Assembly (NCBI GenBank): GCA_002269645.1
Contig: NIVC01000040.1
Location: 1,116,001-1,180,000 of the forward strand
Direction: 5' to 3'
Source of the DNA: Macrostomum lignano
Taxonomy: Eukaryota
DNA: 64,000 bases
This document shows positions 37,655 through 48,580 of the stretch, one piece after another (position 1 is the stretch's first letter; every line of letters starts with the position of its first letter). A program made the translations under genes and the position numbers. The notes beneath the pieces were generated by a model. That model was given only the letters and a program-made list of their open reading frames with translations, was not told the origin of the DNA and did no database searches.

Positions 37655-40600
37655 CTAGCAATCTTCGCCCCCCGATTGGGGACATCTGGATAGAATCCTT
37701 GTTCTTTACAAATAACAAATAGACAGCGAAATAAAGCCTTCATAAAAAAACAACAGACATTCCCTCTAAAAACAAAACATCACAAGACAGCATTCAAGCA
37801 TCGATCCCCAAATAGTGAAATCCTCCAGACTGCAAGCATCCCCCCGATAGCAAGCAACCCCAGATAGCAAGCATCCCCCAGATAGCAAGCATCCCCCAGA
37901 CCTCAGATAGTAAGCATCCCCCAGACTGCAAGCAACCCCAGATAGCAAGCATCACCCAGACCGCAAGCAACCCCAGATAGCAAGCATTAACCTGGATACA
38001 AAGAGACCTTATAGATATCTAGCAACCCCCTCTTAGATAGCAAGTACCCTCCACCCCCCAAGAGCAAGCATCTCCCAATAGCAAGTTACCCCAGTAGCAA
38101 GCATCCTTCCGATAGCAAGTATCCATCCTTAAATAGCAAGCATCCACCAGAGAAAGTAGCTAGTGCAACAATTTCCTTAGATTTATAGTGGCTCCATTTT
38201 GTTTGGCATGACACTTCTTTTATGTTTGAAACGGTGTCTCTTTTATGCTTAAAAAGGTGGCTCTTTAATGTTGACATAGTGGCTCTTCTATGTTTACCAT
38301 GGCGGCCCTTTTACGTTTGAAATGTTGTCTCTGTTATGTTTGACATGGTGGCTCTTCTATGTTTCACATGGGTCTCTTCTTTGTTTGACATGGTGGCTTA
38401 GTTGTTTGACATGGTGGCTCTTTTATGTTTGACATGCAGTCACATATATGTTTGACATGATGGCGCTTTAATGTTTGACATGGAGTCACGTATATGTTTG
38501 GCATGGTGGCTCTTTTATGTTTAACATGGTGGCTCTTTAATGTTCGACATGGTGGCTCTTTAATGTTTGACATTGAGTCACGTAAATGTTTGACATGATG
38601 GCTCTTTTATATTTTACATGGTGGCTCTTTATGTTTGACATGGTGTCTCTTCTATGTTTCACATGGTGGCTCTTTAATGTTCGCCATGGTGGCTATTTTA
38701 TGTTTGACATGGTGGCTCTTCTATGTTTGACATGCAGTCACATATATGTTTGACATGATGGCGCTTTAATGTTTGACATGGAGTCACGTATATGTTTAAA
38801 ATGGTGGCTCTTTTATGTTCGACATGGTGGCTCTCTAATGTTCGACATGGAGGCTCCTTAAGTTTTGACATTAAGTCACGTATATGTGGCTGTTTTATGT
38901 TTGACATGATGGCTTTTGTATATTTGACGTGGTGGCTGTTTAATGTTTGACATGGTGGCTCTTTAATGTTTGTCATGGTGGCTCTTTAATGTTTGACATG
39001 GTGGCTCTTAAATGTTCGACATGGTGGCTCTTTTATGTTTGACATGGTGTCTCTTTTATGTTTGACATGTAGTCACGTATATGTTTGACATGGTGGCTCT
39101 TTTATGTTTGACATGGTGGCTATTTAATATTCGACATACAAAAAAACCTATAAAAAGAAAACCGACAAACTGCTCAAATGAAGTGCAATGCAAAAAGAAA
39201 TCATCCCAAGACAGCAAGCATCACCCAGAGAGAAAGCATCCCCCAGATAGCAAGTACCCCCCCCCCCAGATAGCAAGCATCACCCAGATAGCAAGCACCC
39301 CCAGATAGCAAGCATCCCCCAGATAACAAGCACCCCCCAGATAGCAAGCATCCCCAAGATAGCAAGCATCCCCAGATAGCAAGCATCCCCCAGATAGCAA
39401 GTACCCCCCCCCCAGATAGCAAGCATCCCCCAGATAGCAAGCATCCCCTCGATAGCAAGCATTCCCCAGATAGCAAGCATCCCCCAGATAGCAAGCACCC
39501 CCAGATAGCAAGCACCCCCCAGATAGCAAGCATCCCCAGATAGCAAGCATCCCCCAGAAAGCAAGCACCCCCAGATAGCAAGCATCCCCCAGATAGCAAG
39601 CATCCACCATACAATAAGTAGCTAGTGCGAAAATTTCCTTAGCTTTATAGTGGCTCCTTTAAAATTGGCATGATTTAAAATTGGCATTGGCTGGCAATAC
39701 TTTTACGTTTGAAATTGTGTATATTTTATGCTTGACATGGTGGCTCTATTATGTTAACATGGTGCCTCTTTTATGTTTAACATAGTGGCTCATTTATGTT
39801 TGACATGGTGGCTCTTTATTGTTTGACATGGTGGCTCTTTAATGTTCGAAATGGTGGTTCTTTAATGTTCGAAATGGTTGTTCTTTAATGTTTGACATAA
39901 AAACACCTATATGTTTGACATAAAGTCACATTTACGTTGGACATAGTGGCTCTTTAATGTTTGACATGGTGGCTCTTTAATGTTTGACATGGTGGCTCTT
40001 TAATATTCTACATGGTGGCTCTTTAATGTTCGACATGGTGGCTTTTTAATGTTCGACATGGTGGCTCTTTTATGTTTGACATGGTGGCTCTTTAATGTTC
40101 GAAATAGTTGGTTCTTTAGTGTTTGACACGGTGGCTTTTTAATGTTCGACATAGTGGCTCTTTAATATTCTACATTGTGGCTCTTCTATGTTCGAAATGG
40201 TGATTCTTTAATTTTATTCACGGTGGCTCTTTAATATTCGAAATGGTGGCTCTTTTATGTTCGACATGGTGGCTCTTTAATGTTCGACATAGTGGCTCTT
40301 TTATGTTTGCCATGGTGGCTCTTTAATGTTCTTCACGGTGGCTCTTTTACGTTTGACATGGTGGCACTTTAATGTTCGACGTGGTGGCTCTTTAATGTTC
40401 GAAATGGTGACTCTTTTATGTTTTACATGGTGGCTCTTTAATTTTTGACATAAAGTCACGTATATGTTTTACATGGTGCCCATGTAATGTTTGACATGGT
40501 GCCTCTTTTATGTTTGACATTGTGCTTTTTTATGTTTAGCAGTTTCGTGTTTTCAAGGTGTTTTAATAAAAAAATTATTTTGCACTACTAAGATTCGAAC

Positions 40601-41088
40601 CCAGGTCGCTACGTTGGCAGTCCAGTCTGTTCGTATCTAGGCTATCTCTTTTCAATTGGTGTACATGAATTGTGGCCCTTATAATTCAATTCTTACAGCA
40701 AGTCAATTAAAGTAAAAAGTTATGACATAATCAATTTCTCAGTCAGCCAGTATCAGTCTCAGTTCAAGTTAGCAATATTGGTTACGCAATTTAAATCAAG
40801 TCGTGTGTGCATTTCTTCGACACTGTTTTCAACTTGTTGTGATGCAATCTTTATCAGAATTGAAATTCAGTCAGTCAGTTTTTTCTCTAGCATCCTTACA
40901 ATGCATTTCAGGTCGAAAGAGCTGCTTGACCTTTGCAAAAAAGCATGTTTTTCGAATATTTAATCCCTTTAACATTGAGCAATTTCTTAGCCAAGATGCA
41001 TCTACCGTCCCAGGAAAATTTCTGATCGAATGGTGCAAGTTTGAAGAAAATCGGTTGAGCCAATTTTTCTAAAATCTATCGCATACCG
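37655..41088 (-). mobile_element. Composite Helitron subfamily A unit, 5' tip missing
   Basis: Hairpin-CTAG end at 37655; two blocks of each satellite; the core ends at gcataccg and runs into the next satellite. Confidence 0.7.
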
Positions 41089-42716
41089 CATTCTTAATGG
41101 TGTCTGTTTTATGTTTGACATGGTGGCTCTTTAATTTTTAACATGGTAACTCTTTTATGTTCGATATGGTGGCTCTTTTATGTTCGAAATGGTGGCCCTT
41201 TAATGTTCGACATGGTGGCTCTTTTATGTTCGAAATGGTGGCTCTTTAATGTTCGACATGGTGGCTCCTTTAGGTTTGAAATGGTGGCTCTTTAATGTTT
41301 GACATTGTGGCTCTTTAATATTTGACAAGGTGGCTCTTTAATGTTCGACATGGTGGCTCCTTAATTTTCGAAATGGTGGCTCCTTAATTTTCGAAATGGT
41401 GGCTCCTTAATTTTCGAAATGGTGGCTGTTTTATGTTTGACATGGTGGCTCTTTAATGTTTGACATGGTGGCTCTTTAATGTTCGACATGGTGGCTCTTT
41501 AATGTTTGACATGGTGGCTCTTTAATGTTTGACATGGTGGCTCTTTAATGTTCGACATGGTGGCTCTTTTATGTTCGACATGGTGGCTCTTTTATGTTCT
41601 ACATGGCTGCTCTTTTATGTTCGACATGGTGGCTCTTTAATGTTTGACATGGTGGCTCTTTTAGATTTGAAATGGTGGGTCTTTAATGCTTGACAATGTG
41701 GCTCTTTAATGTTTGACATGGTAACTCTTTTATGTTTGATATGGTGGCTCTTTTATGTTCGACATGGTGGCTCTTTAATGTTCTACATGGTAACTCTTTT
41801 ATGTTTGATACGGTGGCTTTTTAATGTCTGACCACGGACTACTTAAGTAGAAGGACGCGACACGCGCAAAACGTGCAAATTTTATTGGAGGCTGAATATT
41901 CAATTTTATGTAGCTCGACTCCAGAAACTCGCCGAAGTGTAGTTTTTTCACATGATACAAATAATTTAGTCCTTGTTCATGTAACATACGTAATGCATGA
42001 TTAAAACGATGCAGAAACCTTAGAAATTAGTTTCAAGCGACGAAAACTAACTTTTTCTGGTGAGTTTCGAGTCTCGACGTGCGGCATTTGTAGCACAAAA
42101 TATAGCTCTTCATTTTGATATAGCACTTATTTTAAGTGATTCTTTTAGCTGTTCATTGTTACTGTGAAGCGGACCTTTTTGACCTGGTCATAAGAAAACC
42201 TATCGCAAGATGTACAGACATATAACAGATACCACTGATTCTGCGCCAATCGTATCGGATAAATAGAGTCAAGACGAACTAAGACGAAAGATTTTAAGAA
42301 CACGAATTTTGAGTCTTAGTAGCCATTCAATATTTTTATGCCATATTAATATTATTGGCCTTTTTAAAATGTATGCAAAAAGTATATATCAAAGTGGTAT
42401 AAGATAGCTAGCAGGTTTCTTGTAGAAAGCAAATGCGAAAACATGCAGTTTAAACAGTATCCAACAAAAGCGTACAACGAAATATTTTACAACAAAATGA
42501 TCTATTGTATCAAGACAACTTGCTATAACATTGCATCAAAAAAACTAACAGTACGCAGTTCTGGCAAGGCACCACTCATAGTGATCTTCATCATGCAAAG
42601 CCAGCTGAATGAAATGCATGTAGTCAATAAGAATAACAAATAGAAATGAGGATAAAGTGCACAATCTTGCACCTGGACACGAGTTGGTGGCAAATGATCA
42701 GGTGTAGTAGGTAAAT

Positions 42717-42872
42717 ATAGACTAAAGTCTTGGACAAACTATAGAGGTCCATGATCATCTGGACAGTAGCTATACAAAAGAACTGAACTCCATGCTGCAG
42801 GAGAAGCATTACAATAGCCACCTGGCTGATGAAGTTAAAAGCTTTGCAGAAATCTATACAGACAATTGACAC
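42717..42872 (-). pseudogene. LINE reverse-transcriptase fragment
   Basis: IVCIDFCKAFNFISQ...LLQHGV...IMDLY resembles the FIDFxKAFDSV...L..YG...I..LY RT motif. Confidence 0.55.
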
Positions 42873-43035
42873 CTCCTTTTAGAGAGTCTCGCAGGTGCCA
42901 TATGGACTAGCTACTTGTTGTAACAGCAGTACAGTGACAGTTGTAACAGCTCAGCCTTGGACACTTCATTGTCACAACAGTTCTGGAGCATCCTCCTTAA
43001 GATGTGTGTACACTTGTTTGTGAGGAAGCCAACCA

Positions 43036-43131
43036 CTCGAGTATTTGTTCCATGTATACAAAATAGCAACCTCCATGGCCTTGCCTATAGATAGAGAATT
43101 CTTTCTCCAGACCATCCAATTGAAAGTCACC
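43036..43131 (-). pseudogene. P-element/THAP9-like transposase fragment
   Basis: FQLDGLEKEFSIYRQGHGGCYFVYMEQILE resembles the catalytic-Glu motif (F)QxDxLE..F..YRQ..GG; preceded by an acceptor ttttcag. Confidence 0.6.
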
Positions 43132-44602
43132 TGAAAAGGATAAGGAAAATAGCTGCATAGCATGAATACTTAATGATACACAACCTAAATAAAACAAGTT
43201 AATACTTATAATATTATTCATACCTAGCATGACATTTAAATTGGAAGTGAGATAAATTGAATTTATTAATTAAGTGAGTTAAATTGAAAGTGGATAGGCC
43301 TATATTGTGACATCTGAATACAATACTTCCATGGGTGACCATCTAACTGCTGCCCCCCCCCCCTTAACCAGAGATACTGTGCCGCCATTGAATTTCTATA
43401 TATTAACAGAAAAACTGATTAAAACAATTTAGGCCCTATATGCCTCTGAAAGAATATAAGATGAGTAGGCCTAAGTTCTTAAAAACATAAATATCTATAA
43501 GTTCTATAGCAAAAATATTAATGCAGTATATATTTTTGAAGCATGGGGCTATAATTATAAATAGACTGACATCAGTCATAAAAAATATATAGGTTTACCA
43601 GTAAAATGATTAATAAGAATAGAATACTTAAAGTTAAATACTTATATTAATAGGCCTATATTTTATAAATTATCTTAGTCTAAGCCTAGCTAAGTCAATA
43701 ATAGATAGAAGAGATAGCTTATAGGTTTACCAAGAATACCAACTAATGCCAATGGTAATGATATACAATAGTTAGCTAGGCCCTATACCTAGATAATGTA
43801 TATATAGGCCTATGCCTAATAGTTTAATAATGAAATACTGCAGGCCCCTATGCTGTAATAACAAATAGCTACATTATATTTTATCATCGCCAGGGTAGTA
43901 GCAGTGGGCCCTGACTAGCAAATGTTGATAAATTTCCAAAAAGTATACTTGCATAGATGGCCTATGCCTCCTATGGTCTACATACAAATTCTAATTTAAA
44001 TTAGGTTAGGCTAGCTATGTATAAACGATACATTTCTAAACAGTACTAAGCTAGACGGAAATTATGTATTGATAAAAAATGGGACAAAAACAAAAAACAC
44101 TCTAAAAACTAAAAAGATCTGCATTCTATGATAAAAACATTTCAATGCCCTGCTAAATCTATAGTATACGCTAAGGGAAATTCAGCCTCCAAAAAAAATT
44201 ACACGAATCGTGCGTGTTGCGTCCTATATAAACGACAATTAAGTAGTCCGTGTGTCTGACATGTTGTCTCTTTTATGTTTGACATGGTGGCTCTTTAGTG
44301 TTCGACAAAGTGGCTCTTTTATGTTTGACATGCTGGCTTTTAATTGTTTGACATGGTGGCTCTTTAATGTTCGAAATGGTGGCTCTTCAATGTTTGAAAT
44401 GGTGGCTCTTTAATGTTCGAAATGGTGGCTCTTTAATGTTCGAAATGGTGGCTCTTTTATGTTTGACATGGTGGCTCTTTTATGTTTGACATGGTGGCTC
44501 TTTAATGTTCGACATGGTGGCTCTTCTATGTTTGACATTGCGCTTCTTTGATGTTTAGCAGTTTCATTGTGTTTTTAAGGTGTTTTAATAAAAAAAATCT
44601 TT

Positions 44603-44673
44603 TTGTACTACTAAGATTCGAACCCAGGTCGCTACATTAGCATTCCAGTCTGTTCGCATCAGGGCTATCTCTT
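44603..44673 (-). other. tRNA-like Pol III cassette inside Helitron (also ~33950, ~37122, ~40580, ~31545 and plus-strand ~143)
   Basis: gatagccctgatgcgaacagactggaatgctaatgtagcgacctgggttcgaatc: B box, weak A box, downstream T-run. No full cloverleaf. Confidence 0.45.
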
Positions 44674-45138
44674 TTCAATTGGAGAACATGAATTGTGGCC
44701 CTTATAATTCAATTCTTACAGCAAGTCAATTGGAGTAAAAAGTTATGACATAATCAATTTCTCAGTCAGCCAGTATCAGTCTCAATTTAAGTTAGCAATA
44801 TGGTTACGCAATTTAAATCAAGTCGTGTGTGCATTTCTTCGGTACTGTTTTCAACTTGTTGTGATGCAATCTTTAGCACAATCGGAATTCAGTCAGTCAG
44901 TTTTTTCTCTAGCATTCTTACAATGCATTTCAAGTCGAAAATTTGGCTTGACCTTTGCAAAAAAGCATGTTTTTCGAATATTTAATCCCCTTAACATTGA
45001 GCAATTTCTTAGCCAAGATGCATGTACCGTCCCAGGAAAATTTCTGATCGAATGGTGCAAGTTTGAAGAAAATCGGTTGAGCCAATTTTTCTGAAATCTA
45101 TCGCATACCCACAGACAACTCATTTTTAGTATATAGGA

Positions 45139-47555
45139 CGAGTGGAACTCCTCCTTCGGAGGAGAAAGGGGAAGTACTCCCATCACCGGAATTCCATTCC
45201 CTGAATTATCCATCAACTGAAATTCCATGTCTTGAACCCCATCTTCCAAATCGTCTCCAAATTCTTTACAAACCTTTCAAAGACCATAGCTCAAAGACTC
45301 TTACGTCTCTCATATCTACTCTCTCCTCTCTTCGCTATTATCGTGACTCGCTTCTCTCTCCTCTCTCTCATCTCATCTCTACCCCTACTCTCTTTTTTAT
45401 CTCTACTCCCTTATTTATCTCTTCTCCCTCGTCTTTCGTCTGTACCCTCTCCTGTCTACTCTCCTATCTTCTCTATTATCTCTCCCCTTTTCTCTCCTCT
45501 CTCATATCTCATCTCTACTTACTTATCTATTGTCTCCGCTCTACTTTCTCTCTTCTCTCTGCTCTCATTTCTCGTATCTCTTATACGCTCTCACCCTCTC
45601 CTTTCTTATCTACCATCTTTCTTCCCTTTCTACTGCATCACCTGTCTCCTCTCCTCTCTTTTCTCTCCTCTCCATACTCTCTTCTCTCCTCTCATCTCCC
45701 CTCATCTCTTCTCTAATCTCGAATCTCTCCTCTCTCATATCTCTTCTCTACTCACTTATCTATTCTCTCTCCTCTGCTCCCCTTTTACACTTTCCTATAT
45801 GCTCTCACTCTCACCCTCTCCTTTCTTATCTCCTGTTTTTTACACTCCTTTTTACCACCTGTCTCCTCTCGTTTCTCTCCTCTCTGCACTCTCATCTTTA
45901 CCCTCTTCTTTCTCCTCACTACTTTCTTCTCTTAAATCTCTGATCTCTGATCTTTCATCTCTCTCCTCTCACCTCTCACCTCTCTCCTCTCTTTCCTCTC
46001 TTCTATTGCCTCTGTACGCTCTTATCCCTCCTTTCTTCTCTCTCCTGTCTCCTCTCTGCTATCTCATATCTCCTCTCTCATATCCTCTCCCTTCATCTCC
46101 TGTCTCCTCTTCTCTTCTCTCTCCTTCGTTCCCGCCTTACTCCCCTCTTCTCTCCCATCTGTCATGTCTAATCTCTCCACTCATTTCTACTCTGTTTTCT
46201 ATCATCTCATCTCTCTTCTCTTTTCATTCTTCTCTTTACTCTCTTCTCTGACTGATTGAAGATGCCAAATCCATCAAGATCCTCTCCGCGAAGCAGAAAA
46301 TCCTGTCCGTGCAACTGAAAACCATTGAAATCCTCTCCTTGAAACTTAAATCCATCAAAATCGTCTCCATAAAACAGAAATCAATCATAAATTATCTCCG
46401 CGAAACAGAAATACTCTCCGTGAAACTGAACACCATCGAAATCCTCTCCACGAAAAACAGAAATCCTCTCCGTCAAAATTAAAACATTGAAATCGTCTCC
46501 GCTAAACTGGACTTAATCGAATTTTTTCCGTCAAACAACTCAACTCTCCGGATTCATTGGTTAGGGTTAGGGTTAGGGTTAGGGTTAGAAGAACTACGCA
46601 CAGCTTCGTGTTAAAAGGCACTGATAAAAATACTGAACTAATTGAATCAATTCATTGCGCAACCGATTTCACAGTCAGTCAGTATCAGTCTCAGTTAAAG
46701 TTAACAAAAACATTGCGCAATCTAAATCAACCCTCCAATACACAGCAGCAGTGAGAAGTTGAACCCTCCCCCCAACTTTATCTATTACGTCTCGCAAAAC
46801 TGAGTACAATCTTTGCAGAAAGTTAAAAGTATGGAAATAGTTTTTCCAATGCTGTGCTTTTTATTTTCATATTTAAAGCAAACAACTTATATCCTCGAAC
46901 TCAGCGTTGCAAGATCTTTCCAGCAATATAAGTCTCTCCTCTCAAAGTTTAAAACTCGAGGAACAGTTAGCGTTTGAAATTTACCGATTTCCCGACTGCT
47001 TGCTAGAGAAGCTCGCAATTCATTGAATTTCACTGCCAAACTAATACACAGGGCTGCCTATGGAGAAAAAAAGGCGCCAATAATAAAACCAATTGAATCT
47101 CGACACAGTCTATCTATTTACACTGTACAACTGCTATGTACACTCAGCCCAAGCCCAACCCCCGTTCTGGGGGAAGCATTAAATTTAACTCAACCCCCCA
47201 ACACGCGGCGGGGTTTTATTTGCATTGAACCCAGAACACGCGCACCCACCACCCCTCAATACACAGCGGCCCGCGGGCGGAGGTTGGGGTGGCTATTTTT
47301 ACAAACTGGCTGAAGCCCCAGGCAGAGTAGCCAAAGAAGGTTATTGGGGGTTAAAAAAATCAGTTTTCTGCTTTTTTGAAGCACTTAAAATTGAAATTTG
47401 AAAATGAATTTTAAATTGTAGCATCGTCGGGACATTTGACATGTTTAAATACCGGTTTGAAAGTTGAGTTGCAAGAATCCTAGGAGGAGATCGTCGACAA
47501 ACCCGGCCCACCGGCCCACCCTACCACCGGACCACGACGTCAGCTTTAGTATATA
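45139..47555 (-). mobile_element. Helitron subfamily B unit
   Basis: 3' hairpin ctcctcc-ttc-ggaggag then CTCG|T; ~950-bp CT-rich tract; (TTAGGG)4; core partly homologous to subfamily A (cagtcagtcagtatcagtctca); 5' end TATATACTAAAGC. Confidence 0.65.
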
Positions 47556-48580
47556 CGAGTGGAACTCCTCCGTTGGAGGAGAAATCCGCTGAATTGAAAT
47601 CCCCGGAATCCTATGGTTGGAATGTTGAATCTGCAGAACTCCATATCGTAACCCTAACCCTAGCTCTTGGGCCAGCGAAATTGAGCTACTGAAACGATCG
47701 CCTGCCCCCGTTGATGCATATGCATTGCGCCATCACTGTCGCAGCCCGGTTCTCACAAATGTACACTGCATTTAGCCGAATTTATTCATTTATGTCGGCC
47801 TTGTTACTTGCAAGCGTACAGTAAAGATCTACAGTACAGTCTATAGCCCATGCACCTCCCCAAATGCACAGGGAGAGTCTAGGCTTGTGCATTGCACAGT
47901 CAGAATTGAAATTAATGAAACCCCTCCCCAGCCACTTAACATTTTCACAATTGAAATCAAGAAAATTTCTATGACAAATTGCTCTGATGCAGTTGAGATT
48001 TCGGAACAGAAAATTATACCATTCTGTTCAGTTTTTCAAACTCTTTCCAACGGTGTGATTCACTTTTCTGTAGCTTGAAAATTAAAAGCAGAAATTAAGG
48101 TGCAAGTTTTCCCGTTTCTTACTTGCAGAGCGCAATGTACACTCTGTGATGAGTTAAAAAATCAAGCCATCCATTCTCGCGCAGTGTGCACCTCCACCCC
48201 TTTTTAACACTGAGCAAGTAGGCCGCCAATTCTCAAGTGCCGGCGACCCTCCCCCAGCTGAAATGAAATACACTGCAGAGATAGGAGAAAAGTTGTGGCG
48301 CAACCATACAAAATAGCGTCAAGTGGGAAGGAAGTCCATGGAATGCGATATATAGACATCTGGCTGTCTGGTTTGTGCTGTTTTCTGCTTTTTTGAAGCA
48401 CTTAAAATTGAAATTTGAAAATGAATTTTAAATTGTAGCATCGTCGGGACATTTGACATGTTTTGGTACCGGTTTGAAAGTTGAGTTGCAAGAATCCTAG
48501 GAGGAGATCGTCGACAAACCCGGCCCACCGGCCCACCCTACCACCGGACCACGACGTCAGCTTTAGTATATAGAGAGAGA
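47556..48580 (-). mobile_element. Short Helitron subfamily B unit
   Basis: Same hairpin-CTCG 3' end and TCTCTCTCTATATACTAAAGC 5' end; different interior. Confidence 0.6.

Larger units (their letters stand above)
41833..44252 (-). mobile_element. Non-autonomous P-element-like transposon (2420 bp)
   Basis: Perfect 14-bp TIR cacggactacttaa, exact 8-bp TSD tgtctgac, and a transposase-like fragment inside. Confidence 0.8.
41089..45138 (-). mobile_element. Helitron subfamily A unit carrying a P-like insertion
   Basis: 5' TCCTATATACTAAAAATGAG at 45138; its 23-bp satellite is interrupted at 41833-44252. Confidence 0.7.

Noticed and set aside
32120-39614. Cys/Gly/Leu-rich and MSNIKEPP-type ORFs
   Set aside because: Products of the 17-18-bp and 23-bp Helitron satellites, open in several frames.
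46555-46590. True telomere or chromosome fusion site
   Set aside because: Only four units, duplicated at the same position inside a repeated element.
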